The notes beneath the pieces are model-generated. The model saw only the letters and a list, made by a program, of their open reading frames with translations. It was not told where the DNA came from and ran no database searches. Shown piece after piece: positions 14,439-27,049 of a stretch of DNA of 64,000 nt. The DNA is from Eledone cirrhosa (taxonomy: Eukaryota), in contig OZ024743.1 in the NCBI GenBank assembly GCA_964016885.1, forward strand, positions 282,224,001 through 282,288,000, written 5' to 3'. Within the stretch, counting starts at the first letter, position 1; every line of letters begins with the position of its first letter. A program made the translations under genes and the position numbers.

Positions 14439-15982
14439 TTAAAGTAAGAATACCCCCCCCCCCCCAAAAAAAGGAACAGGATTGACACAGCTTTAATCAT
14501 AGGTCTACTTGATTGAGGTTGACCTGAGGCTAAACATCAACAGAGCTTTGTGCCTCAGAAATAAATTCTTACTGGCTCTATTGTCACACTATTCAATTTA
14601 GATTAGAGTAAAATTAAAATAGTGTTTACATATGTTATATGTATCCCAGTTTTTAGAATAGGTATACTACATCCCTACATGTCATAAGCGGCTAAAAGGG
14701 TTGGCACCAAGAAGGGCATCTGGCTATAAAATACTGCTTCAAAAAGTCCTATCCAAACCATGTCAGCATGGAAGACTAGATATAAAAGCAATAGTCATGA
14801 TGTTCATTCCAGGAACCATGAAACCATATTTCTGATGTGAAGTTTTTAGATAAATATAAACACTTTAAAACAAACAATTTTGTATCATAGAACTAGGGGC
14901 AATTCAGACGGTTTAGTAATAAAAAGGTTAACTTCAAATTTGGCTGAACAATTTATATCTAATATGTACATCATCAGTGATATAATACTAATCCTTCTTT
15001 TTTATTTGACATACAACTTTTTTTTCCTGAAATTGTTTAATAGATTTAAGAAAATATTGAAATATTTGATGTGCTTCTTTTTATACCACTTCCAGAGTTT
15101 GAATGTGTTTTGGGTGATTTTGATATTGTTACAGCTCACCCCTATGCAAGGTTTAGCTGACCTCGTATGAGGTTGCATTTCATGGAAGGTTTCTCGAATG
15201 TTTTAATGATAAGTGCCCCAGTCTTGTCATCAAAAGATTGTCCCCAGGGCTGGACCCTAATTCGTTGCAGGGTTAACCCCCTTGTTGCTGCTTTTACACA
15301 TTTTTGTATTTTCAAATGAATGAACTGAAGCAAAGGGAAATGAACATGAAGGATACAACATATTGCCTGATACAGGAATCGAACCCATGTCCAACACCCT
15401 AAACATTAGGCCACGCACCTTCATTTGTGACTCCAAAGCACCCAAACTCACTACTGGTGATTGAGCTTTTGCCAATCAATCTGACTAACTTCTTTCCAAT
15501 GTGGTCTCAAATGTGTGACATGAATAAATACTCTCTCACATGATGTTCAACTTTTAGATGAAATGAAGATATTCAAACCTTTTTCAAAAACATTAACAAC
15601 ACGAAAATAGAAATAGTTTCAACTGGGTCACATCTGCAATGCAGCTGACACTGTACATGGAAGGGCCATTCAACAGACACTTCACCATATCTTATATAAC
15701 ACGTAGATAGGAGTAATGAGATCGCAATTAGAGTCTAAGGGTGATAATTCTTGCAGCATTTTTTTTTTTCGTTAAGCAGGTTATTTTTAACAAATTTAGA
15801 ATATACTAGACTACCCGTCAACCGTTTGGTCACATTCACTTCAAAATATTTTTTTTGAATCATGTTCACTTAAAAATAATTTTTAAATAATTAAAATATA
15901 CACAGACATGTATATAATGTGAAATGAAACTGGAAGGCCCATATATATATACATTGTGTATGTATATATATAAATGTGTATG

Positions 15983-16006
<24 letters not shown>

Positions 16007-16013
<7 letters not shown>

Positions 16014-16466
16014 AAATAAAATAAAATAAATAAGTGAAATATTTAAAATTTAGCTTCGTTTATTACTGCTATATATATTTCAGTGACAGCCTGTGACCTC
16101 TTCAGGCAGTCCGAATTAGTGTGGAATCACTGAGGAACTGGAATCATATGATTCCAGTTCCTCAGTGAAATAACAACCCAACCAGGAACTGGCCATATCA
16201 GAGTATTGACAAAGTTATACACCTCAACAACATATGTACTTGTCTATACCACACTAATTCGGACTGCCTGAAGAGGTCACAGCCAAAGATGGCTGTCACT
16301 GAAATATATATAGCAGTAATAAACGAAGCTAAATTTTAAATATTTGACTTATTTATTTTATTTTATTTTACATTAATCCGGAGTAACCAAACCAACCTGC
16401 GCACTTCGTCGAGTGCTCCAATCTGCATACTGAGGTGTTGGTATACAACCAACATATACTCAAAAT
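16007..16466 (+). mobile_element. Penelope-like fold-back remnant #1 in (TA)n
   Basis: Inverted arms ~16007-16124 and 16249-16370, an unpaired extension to ~16466, a hammerhead motif in the arms, TA tracts on both sides. Confidence 0.7.
16263..16317 (+). ncRNA. Type-I hammerhead ribozyme motif
   Basis: ACTGC-CTGAAGA-GGTCACAGCCA(AAGA)TGGCTGTCACT-GAAA-TATATA-TA-GCAGT; a loop-deleted inverted copy lies at 16065-16110. Confidence 0.72.
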
Positions 16467-16497
16467 ATATATATATATGTATATAGATCACAGACAC

Positions 16498-16543
<46 letters not shown>

Positions 16544-16609
16544 GTGTCTGTGATCTATATACACTGGTCATAGACACACACATATATATATATATACACA
16601 CAGACACTC

Positions 16610-19316
16610 ATTCCATGGAGGCAACGGGTTTGGCACAAGAAATGAAGAAGGCTTTAGGATTCTAGAATTCTGCGACGCCAATGACATGTCGATATGTAAC
16701 AACCTTCAAAAAACCCGACAACTATCGGGTAAATCAGGGGAGCATTCTAGTCAGATAGATTTTATCCTCATCAGAGGACGTGATAGATGGACAGTTGTAA
16801 ACACAAAAACCCTCCCTGGTGAGGAATGTACCTCCCAACATAACTTAGTTGACAGCGACCTCACTGTCAGAACTAGACGAACTTGGAAAGAGAAGGCAAC
16901 CTGGAGAAGAAAGATCTGGAAGCTGAAAGACCCCTCAGCCAGTAACTGATTTTAAGATATTTTACTCGACGCCTATGGACAGTAAAGAAGAACAGATAGA
17001 GACATTCAATGTAGAAGAGCACTGAGAGTTGCTAAAAAATAACTTACTAAAGGCGACGGGCGAGATCTGTGGTTGGAGCAAGACCACAGAGAGGAGGAGA
17101 GTGACTTTGTGGTGGAACAATAAGGTAGATGAGGCAGTTAAGGCTAAGAGACAGGCATGGAAAGAATGGAAGAACGGGCGAAGCAGAGTACATTACATAG
17201 CGACCAGGAGGGAATCTAGGCGACAAGTATACTTAGCTAGAAGGGAAGCGGAGGATAGAAAATTCAAGCATGTTTTGCAACGTGAGGACCAGAAACACGA
17301 GGTGTTCAAGATTGTGAGGCAATGTCTCAGAGAGAAGTGTGATGTCATTGGAGAGAAGTGTATCCGGAATGATAAAGGTGAGCTTGCCCTCACAAGTGCT
17401 GAGAAGAAAGATGCGTGGAAGAGCCATTATGAAAGATTACTAAATGAGGAGAATGCATGGGAAAAAGAGACCCGACCACAAGTGGACCCTATAGAGGGGC
17501 CAGCAGTACAAGTCAGCAGCAGCGTAGTAAGTAAGGCAATCAAAGATGTGAAGACGGGGAAGGCAACCGGTCCATTGGGTATAGCTGCCGAGATGCTGAA
17601 GGCATCTGGATCGGTTGGTCACACCATAACCACACGTATTGTTAACCAGGTAATACTAGAGAATATCATACCAAAGGATTGGTGCAGTAGCATCATTGTC
17701 AACTGCTACAAGAGTAAAGGTGATGCACTAGATAGAGGAAACTATAGAGGTATAAAGCTCACATTCGTTGATCTGGAAAAAGCCTTCGACAGAGTCCCCC
17801 CGTGCTGTAATCTGGTGGGCTCTTAGAAAATTAGGAGTAGATGAATGGCTTGTGAAAGCTGTACAAGCCATGTATAGAGGAGCAGTCAGCAAAGTTAGAG
17901 TTAGCAATGACTATAGCGAGGAATTTAGCATACAGGTGAGTGTCCACCAGGGCTCTGTTCTTAGCCCTCACCTGTTCATTATAGTTTTGCAGGCAATAAT
18001 GGAGAAGTTTAAGACCGGATGCCCATGGGAACTCCTATATGCGGATGATCTCGCACTTATAGCTGAATATATGGTGGAACTAGAGAAGAAATTCCAAACA
18101 TGGAAGCAGAGACTAGAAAGAAATGGTCTCAAAGTCAACCTGACAAAGACTAAGATCCTCGTAAGTAGACGAGAAAACAGAACCCAGATCCCCTCGGGGA
18201 AATGGCCTTGCTCAGTATGTAGGAAAGGTGTAGGTAGGAACTCCATCCTCTGCCCCAAATGCAAACAATGGGTACACAAGAGATGTAGTGGGATCACAGG
18301 AAGCTTAACTAAGAATGTAGGCTTTACATGTAGCAGCTGTGCTGGGACAGCAAGCAGCAAACGACCACAGGAAACAAGCACCACCAAACTCTGGGAGGGC
18401 TCTGTAGAAACAGTAGACAGCTTTTGCTACCTAGGTGACCGAATTAGCAGCGGAAGTGGGTGTTCGGAATGTACAATAACTAGGGTAAGAACGGGATGGA
18501 AGAAGTTCAGGGAGCTACTGCCACTGCTAGCTGCAAAAAGCTTTTCCCTCAAAATGAAAGGCAGACTGTATGATGCATGTATCAGAACAGCAATGTTACA
18601 TGGTAGTGAGACCTGAGTGCTGTCTGTAGAAGACTTGCGTAGATTAGAAAGAAACAAAGCCTGCATGCTCCGCTGGATGTGTAACAGTAATATATGCGAA
18701 CGGCAAAGCATAAACGAATTGAGAGAGAGAGACTAAACCATAAGAAGGATCAAATGCTGTGTGCAGGAAATGAGGTTGCGTTGGTATGGACATGTGATGC
18801 GTATGAAGGATAACAGCTGCATAAAAAGGTGTAGAGCACTAGAAGTCGATGGAAGCTGCGGAATGGGGAGACCCAAGAAGACCTGGGATGAGGTGATAAA
18901 AGCCGACCTTACCCAATTGCATCTTTCAAGGGCAATGACACATGACCGCGACCTCTGGCGTCACACAGTAATACAGAAGACCCGACTTCCCACGGGTACA
19001 AGCCGAAGCTGAAGCATATAGACAATATGCCCCCACCCCCACCCCACTGCAAAGTGGTCGTAGAGGTGCCACGGCAATAAAGCACCCATCCCACACTGTA
19101 AAGTGGGCGTGTATGCACCACGAAAAAGCACCCAGCACTCATTGTAAATGAGGTTGGTGTTAGGAAGGGCATCCATCTGTAGAAATCAAACCAGAATCAG
19201 TTCCCGTATGAGCAAGACAAGGTCAGCCGACTGGACACTGACCACAACAGGACAACCCGTCTAACCCATGCTAGCGTGGAAGAACGGACGTAAAAGGGTG
19301 ATGATGATGATGATGA
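16610..19316 (+). mobile_element. RTE LINE, ~2.7 kb (APE endonuclease C-terminus, RT, PHD-like finger, 3' UTR, (GAT)n tail), pseudogenised
   Basis: SQIDFIL and SQHNLV endonuclease motifs, FVDLEKAFD, LYADD; stops and frameshifts; internal deletion joining GIKL to FVDLEK near 17760. Confidence 0.95.
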
Positions 19317-20028
19317 CAACACCACCACCAGCTCTCTCTCTTCCATTCTCCTTGTCTGTCTCCTCTCCCTATGTTTCTCTTTCAATCTACTCTCACAACC
19401 ACTATCTCTTTCTCTCTATCCTTCTCTCTCTCTGTTTATGAAGGTAGCCGGAAAAACCCCATATCTCAGGAACCCGTGCACCAATTTACGTGAAACTTGT
19501 TTTATTCCATTTGTATTCCCATTTCAGGGTCAACTTCCTTTCAAAGTATTTTCCCATTATGCGCCCTTTTGCCTGTATTACATTATAGACAAGCAAGCAA
19601 GCAATCACGGAGTTTTAGTAGAATATAGATACATCACCCTCATCCTTTAAAGTCTGTTTTCTCTGCTAGCAAGAATGGAACAGATCATCACAGACCGTGT
19701 CAGTACTCAAGCGGAGCTACTGACCTCTCAAATGGGCTCGAAGTCTGCTTCCCATTTAGTTATGTTCCCACACTCTGCCAAGTGCTCAAACAAGCTGGAA
19801 GTCTGCATCTTTATTAAAGCTTGAGATGAGATGAGAATCAACCAGTTTTGTTGTTTTCAACAATTTATTCAGTCTAATGACTGTAACTAGTAAAAATAAC
19901 AAAAGAAAAAAAGAATTTAGAGCAGCCAGCTAGTAGAATAAACTATTCCACCCATGCAAGAATTTTTGCAAGAAATTAATGTAACCAAAAAAACACTCTA
20001 GAAATAAAAGAATTAAAAACTAACAAAC

Positions 20029-20194
20029 CTCTTCCTGAAGTGCCGCAAGCTCTTCCAAAATATGGGTCCACTTTTCTCGCTGCCGAGCCCTGTTATGTCC
20101 AGTTATTTGGAATATTGTACAAACTGGACGCACTGCTTTAGTGAGAAATGCGTCGACATACTCTTTTGCCTGAGGATTGTTATATAGTGTTGAT
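20029..20194 (-). CDS. NAA35: NAA35 coding exon 13 ([16 protein letters not shown]...[24 protein letters not shown]); gene continues leftward
   Basis: Signature GHNRARQR; TTTCAG/GTTTGT, 166 nt, phase 2-0. No later exon recognised in 1-20028. Confidence 0.96.
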
Positions 20195-22091
20195 CTGAAA
20201 AATATTAAACCAATAGTAATAATATGTTAATAAACAATTAACTATGATCTATACAAAATGTTAACTAGTGTTTAGAGAAGAGAATATAAAAAATACAGAA
20301 ATTATATTTCAGAGCTTTCCAAACTTTGCACATTGGCAACACAGTTTTTAACATTGTTTGAGGGAATAGAAGAGGAGTCAATTAAATTGACCCTAGGATT
20401 TAACTGGAACAGAAGAATGAAAGGCAAAGTCGACCTCAGTAGAGTTTGAACTCAGAATGTCAAGTATTTTGTTCAACACACTAACAATTCTGCCAGTTCC
20501 CCTATTCATTAAATTAATAAAATTAGTAAATAAACAATTAAATATTATATCATGTGTCACTTACATGTCTAATTGTACACATAATTGTCAGATCTCAAAT
20601 ATACGTCACAGCCAAATATTCATAAAAATTGATTAGATTTGATTTAATTTCACAACACACACAGAGATGATCTGCAACACACTTTTGAAACCTCCGATTT
20701 AGAGAGTAAACTATTAAGGATTGAGAAATCATATTTTTGATATATTTTCATCTGTATTTTTAAACATTATAAATGCCATGCTGTGCTCTCACACTTTCTT
20801 TGCCACAGAATACTTGATTCAGATTTCCAACTTCTATTTCACAGTTGAGTGGTTTGAGGTAGGAAAGATTTCTAAGTGCAAAAACACTTACTCTAAAAGA
20901 CATACACACTGTGAGAAAACTGTGTTATATATCTTGCCAAGAGGAATAGCATAATGAATTTGAGTTCCTTATATTTCAGGTAGAGTAGAAGAGGTGTGAA
21001 ATATTCAAAATTACGGAATAATCCAATCCATGTCAGTCAAGGAAAACTAAGAGATGATGCCTAAAACTAAAGAACATGTACAAGAATGCTGTGAACACTG
21101 TGGCCTAGTTAGTGATTAGGGTGTTAGTCTCACAGTGGTTTAAAAATGACTACCAAAAGCAACTGGGGTTAACTTTGCAATGGGCTAGTATCCCATCCAA
21201 TGAAGAGTCTTGTATTCTCAGTTACTTAGCTCAGACTTTTCCCACACACCCTCCCCCCAGGATTAAGGCCAGGGTGAGAGTTAGGGGGTAAAGAAAACTT
21301 TGGGAAGGTGAGTAAGTTCAAAGGTCCCCCTTTCCCTCCTGTTTTCCAGGGAAAACGTCTTTTATGGCATGTTTGGAGGTAAAATTAGCTGGTAGCAAAC
21401 AAAAAAAATCGAAGGAAAGAAATGGTAAAAGAAACTTAGCGAGTGGGGTTGAAAAGTTTGATGGGTTCCTCCCCCTCTGTTTTCTGGGGAAAAAAGTCAT
21501 TTGCAACATGTTCAGAGGTAAGATTAGTTGATAGCACATGAAAAAAATGGTAAAGAAAACTCAGGGTATAGGGGAAGGTATCACCCTCTCCCTTTTCAGG
21601 TAAAAAAAGGTCCTTTGCAGCATATTAGGAGCTAGGTTTAATTGATAGCACATGAAAAAAAAAAAAGAGGAAAATAATTATTCCCACTGAAATTGGTGGG
21701 GGGTGTTTTTCTATAAATTTACCAAATAAATACAAATTTAAAGGTATGTATTTTAAGTGGTTACTTTGAATTTAGATAAAGGCAAAAGAAAATAATTATA
21801 TAAAAAATTTAAATCTTAATATCCTGTAATGATTTATGAAAATATCTAAAAAAGGTTTTTAAAATCCAAATGTTTATAGTATCTTTACTAGTGGACAGAT
21901 GATAATTAAAGTAAAGACTTTAATTTTGAATGGAATGTAGCCATAGTGTTGTTTTGTACTCTTCAAGAATGTTTTGCCAATGATGTTTCATGTGGTACAG
22001 GATAATAAAATTTAAAATAATAAGAATCTACAAAATTGGCTTTACATTTTAGAAGATACCAAAATCTACAAGAGAAAATAGTGTTACTTAC

Positions 22092-22198
22092 TTTGGAAAC
22101 AATGCTACAGGAGCAATGAAGTTCCTTATACTTTCCTTTAAAGTATCCACAATTGAATAAATACCAAACAGCTTCTTGTTGAATGGCAAAAACAGCAG
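22092..22198 (-). CDS. NAA35: NAA35 coding exon 12 (LLFLPFNKKLFGIYSIVDTLKESIRNFIAPVALFP-K)
   Basis: NKK.FG and R.F..P motifs; TTTTAG/GTAAGT, 107 nt, phase 0-2. Confidence 0.92.
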
Positions 22199-23341
22199 CT
22201 AAAACAAGAGCAAACATACTTTAAATAAGTCCAATAGACATAAATTATAGTGTGTCAGAATCATATCTCAAAAATCAATAGGCTGACTTTAAATAGCAAA
22301 TGACTAATGGTATTAGCAATCAAATCAGTTATAACTCAGTTATACTATTTAACTCTTAACAGTCTGTAATGATTTAGCAGAAAATATCTAAACAGGGTTT
22401 ATTAATACAAAAGGTTTATGGAATCTTTACTAATAAACAGATCATTGTGAAAATTTGCAATGAATTAAAGAAAGACTTCAATTTCTAATGTGATGCATTT
22501 ATAGTCCAGTTTTGTACTTCTTAAGAATGTCTTACTGATGTAATTTCATGCAGTACAGTGTTAAGAATAAACATTACCACCACAGAAGACGGGGGAAAAG
22601 TTATCATACTGATTTTATCAATTTTGATAGAGCTTATCTGATGAGGAAGGTTGTTAATAAATGTCTTTAAGAGCTATCACTACTGAATATTAGTTGAGAA
22701 TCAGAAAAAGGGCACATAATAGGGAGAACTAGTTGCATTAAGTTTTACATATAGGACAGAAACCTTAAGTAATCAAGATCAAGAGGTGTTGAAGCTTGAG
22801 AAATTAACTACACAATGGTACCTATTAGCCATAATTAAGGATAATAACAAGCCAACAAAAAACTTTTGTGCAGTCAATTGACCTGTTAGAAATAGCAGCC
22901 AAATTTCCTTCAAATCATGTGCTACTATCATCATCCTCATTACCATTTAATGTCCATTTTCCATGCTAGCATGGATTAAATGGGTTGACCTATTTAAGAC
23001 AAGTCGAGATCAGATGACCATGTCTTGCTCATACAAAACTGATTTTGGCTTGGTTTCTATGGCTGGATGCCCTTCCTAACGCCAACTACATTTACAGTGA
23101 GTACTGGATCGTGTATGGAAAGGAGGGGATGAAGGTGCATACAGGATGTATGCTTCAGCCTGTGCTCATGGAAAGTGTATGGGAGGGGGTGGGGTGGAGG
23201 TGACTACTATATGTATGCTTCAGACTGTGCTCATGAGAAGGTGGGTCTTCTGTATTACTGCATAATGCCAGAGATCCTGGTCCTGTGTCATCGCCTTTGA
23301 GATGCAATTGTGCAGTCAGTTTTTATCACCTCATCCCAAAT

Positions 23342-24972
23342 ATCATCATCATCACCGTTTTACGTCCGTTCTTCCACGCTAGCATGGGTTAGACAGGTTG
23401 TCCTGTTGTGTGCAATGTCTGGTCGGCTGACCATGCCTTGCTCATACAGGAACTGATCTGGCTTGATTTCTACAGCTGGATGCCCTTCCTAACACCAACC
23501 TCATTTACAGTGAGTGCTGGGTGCTTTTTCGTGGCGCCTACACGTCCACTTTACAGTGTGGGCTGGGTGCTTTTTTGCCGTGGCACCTCCACGACCACCT
23601 TGCGGTGGGGGGTGTGGGGGCATATTGTTTATATGCTTCAGCTTGTACCCATGGGAGGTCGGGTACTCTGTATTACTGCGTGACGCCAGAAGTCACGGTC
23701 GTGTGTCATTGTCTTTGAGAGGTGTAATTGGGTAAGGTCAGCTTTTATCACCTCATCCCAGGTCATCTTGGGTCTCCCCACTCCGCGGTTTCCATCAACT
23801 TCTAGTGCTCTGCACCTTTTTATGCAGCTGTCATCCTTCATACGCATCACATGTCCATACCAGAGCAACCGCCTCTCCTGCATGCAGCATTTGATTCCTC
23901 TTATGCTCAGTCTCTCTCTCAATTCATTTATGCTGTGTCGTTCACGTATATTACTGTTACACATCCATCGGAGCATGCAGGCTTCGTTTCTCTCTAATCT
24001 ACGTAAGTCTTCCACCTTCAGCGCCCAGGTCTCAGTACCATGCAACATCGCTGTTCGGATACACGCATCATACAGTCTGCTTTTCATTCTGAGGGAGAAG
24101 CCTTTTGCAGCTAGCAGTGGTAGTAGTTCCCTAAACTTCTTCCATCCCGTTCTTACCCTAGTTATTGTACTTTCTGAACACCCACCTCCGTTGCTAATTC
24201 GGTCACCTAGATAGCAGAAGCTGTCTACTGTTTCTACAGAGCCCTCCCAGAGATTGGTGGTACTTGTTTCCTGTGGCTGTTTGCTGCTTGCTGTTTCAGC
24301 ACAGCTGCTGCATGTGAATCCTACATTCTTAATTAAGCTTCCTGAGATCCCGCTACATCTCTTGTGTACCCATTGTTTGCATTTGGGGCAGAGAATGGAG
24401 TTCCTACCTACACCTTTCCTACATACTGAGCAAGGCCATTTCCCCGAGGGGATCTGGGTTCTGTTTTCTCGTCTACTTACAAGGACCTTAGTCTTGGTCA
24501 TGTTGACTTTGAGACCCTTTCTCTCTAGTCCCTGCTTCCAGGTTTGGAATTTATTCTCTAGTTCTACCATAGATTCAGCTATGAGTGCGAGGTCATCAGC
24601 ATACAGGAGTTCCCATGGGCATCCGGTCTTAAACTCCTCCGTTATTGCCTGCAGGACTATGATGAACAGGAGAGGGCTAAGAACAGAGCCCTGGTGGACC
24701 CCAACCTGTACGCTAAATTCCTCGCTATACTCATTGCTAATCCTAACTTTGCTGACTGCTCCCCTATACATGGCTTGTACCGCTTTCACAAGCCATTCAT
24801 CTACTCCTAGTTTTCTAAGAGCCCACCAGATTACAGCACGTGGAACTCTGTCAAAGCTTTCTCAAGGTCGATAAATGCCAAGTAGAGTGGCTTACTTTTA
24901 GCTAGGTACTTTTCCTGTAATTGCCTCACAAGGAAGAGGGCATCAGTGGTGCTTCTTCCTGGTACAAACCCA
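23342..24972 (-). mobile_element. 5'-truncated young RTE LINE with a 383-aa open RT/C-terminal frame
   Basis: ORF 23638-24789 with GVHQGSVLSPLLF, LYADD and the C4HC3 finger; (CAT)n tail at 23342; same family as 16610-19316. Confidence 0.95.
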
Positions 24973-25833
24973 AATCTATTTTGAAAACGGAAGGACACAT
25001 TGGACAGTATAGTTCTAGATATACAGGCATTGATGAGTTACTAAGAAGTCTGCTTCACAATAATGGCATTGATGGTTTGATCCCACTGCATGGCAAGTAT
25101 CTTTTATCATAGCCTTAACTGAAGCTTTGTAGGTGAAATTGCATATACAGGAACTGTTTGAAGCTCATCAAATAGATTGTACTAATGGAGGATCAATCAG
25201 ACAGGGAAAAAATATGGGAAAGTCACAACTACAATGCCTCTGAACACAGGACTGCTCAACCAGAACTGAATCTAAACAACTGCTACAGATAATAGTGATA
25301 ATGATAGAGCTAGTGATGTCTACAAATATCATGTTAACATTTAACCCTTTCATTAGCATCATTATAATGAAACACACAGTCTATGATTTTCAAATATATG
25401 TGAAAATAATCAAGAATTTAGAGGAATTTAGTAATATAACAAACTATCACATTATTAAATTAATGTTTAGAGCATAACAAAATTTCTTACATAAAATTAT
25501 GATGGAAGGGTTTTAGATAAATATAAACAGTACACTCAGTAAAGTGGTACTGATGGTGCCAGGATTAAATACAATCAGTACACTGTAAAGTGGTTTGCAC
25601 GAAGAAGGGCATTCAGCTGTAGAAGCCATGCCATAATCTGGAATAATGAAGCATGAAGTGGTTAACCAACCATGTCTTGCGTCAGACCATGGTAACCTAT
25701 CCAACTCTTGCTGACATAGAAAATGGGTGTTAAACAGTGATAATTATGAGCATTGTAAAAGAAACATTTTTGTATTGTAGAATCTGGGGTGGTTTGGTAT
25801 AAAATCAGAGAGGATTCGCAAAAAAATACAAAC

Positions 25834-25893
25834 CTGCAGTAGAGACCTAGAAAGAACACATGGACAGGTTTTACTGAATTCAGTAAATATTTC
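25834..25893 (-). CDS. NAA35: NAA35 coding exon 11 (EIFTEFSKTCPCVLSRSLLQ)
   Basis: PCVLSRSLLQ motif; TTGTAG/GTTTGT, 60 nt. Confidence 0.95.
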
Positions 25894-27049
25894 CTACAAC
25901 AGAAAAACAAATATTAATAAATTTAATTTTACAGACATTTACTGCAAAACAGGAGAAATAATAAATCAGTGATGACTGTGATATTAACATACTTAAGGTA
26001 CTAGAATTTTTGGTAAATTGGCAGAGCCAGTAGAATGTTGGACAAAATGCTAAGCAGTATTTATTGTGGCTCTTCACTTAGAGTTCAAATCACATCATGG
26101 TTAACTTGCCCTTCATCCTTTCAGGTTTAATAAAATAAGTATATAGTATCAGTTCGGGGTAATGGATTAGCAGAATTATTGGCGTATCAGATGAAATGCC
26201 TTGCTGTGGCTTACTTAGGTGGTAAACTTAATCCATTGCCCAGTTGAACACTATCACTATAGTCCACTCTGTTGCAGGTAACCAGGCAAAATATTTAATT
26301 TGAGTAAACCTTCCTCCCTTGTTATACCACTACCACCACCTCCTCCCCTTCCTCTCTTAGCCCACCAAGCTTATGGATGTTATCCAACCATTTTGCTTGT
26401 GGTCTACCACTGGGTCTCCTGCCAGTTGACTTTGCTCATAAAACATGTCCAGCAAATCTTTCCTAAGACATTCTAACTACGTCTGTAGTGCCGTAGTTGT
26501 GATCTCTCATTGTGGAGAAGTACCGGTTCTACCCAGAGTAACTTCCTGATCATTGAGCTACACACTCTATCAAGTAACATTGCTCCAAAGACCCTTTAGA
26601 AGAACCCCATTTCTGCCACTTTATTCATGATTATATTGCTTTTGGAAACATAACAAATGGATGTAAAACGAGTTTGCAGAAATAGAGACCAAATACTGGT
26701 CAACTGACTGTTACATCATGAGTTCAAAGTCTTACTACTATAATTGTGAAATGTTTAAGCAGATATATAACCATTCTTCACAAGGTCAAATGGTCTTTCA
26801 ATTTAACCATTTTTGTTTCACTCTATAGGCAGTCTATACATGTATGAAGTACACAAAACCTGATGACATAGAAGGAGTTATTGCAAAAACTTTTTACTTC
26901 AATTAGTTGAAAACTCTTCAATACATAATGACAAATAGTGTATGTATGAACCCTAACTCCTAGCACAATCATAAGTGCGCCGTAATGACACAGCATTTCT
27001 TGAGCCTTTTAAACCTGGTGGAGCCCAGGTATGTGGAATCCTTACTTAC

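Larger units (their letters stand above)
15806..19629 (-). mobile_element. Non-autonomous Helitron-like element hosting nested insertions
   Basis: Minus-strand A|TCTATATTCTACTAAAACTC..(GCTT)n start at 19629; imperfect hairpin + CTAG|T end at 15806. Confidence 0.55.

Noticed and set aside
22628-22665. CTGATGA motif (also at 13005 and 53522)
   Set aside because: No stem II, GAAA or stem I partner, so not a hammerhead.
23768-24874. 148-aa and 206-aa plus-strand ORFs (and similar ones at 29-472, 971-1330, 17968-18387, 42115-42790)
   Set aside because: Antisense shadows of RTE coding sequence.
27001-27018. TGAGC(C/A)TTTTAAACCTGG shared with ~53548
   Set aside because: Short match with no extension, box C/D or H/ACA structure; probably chance.
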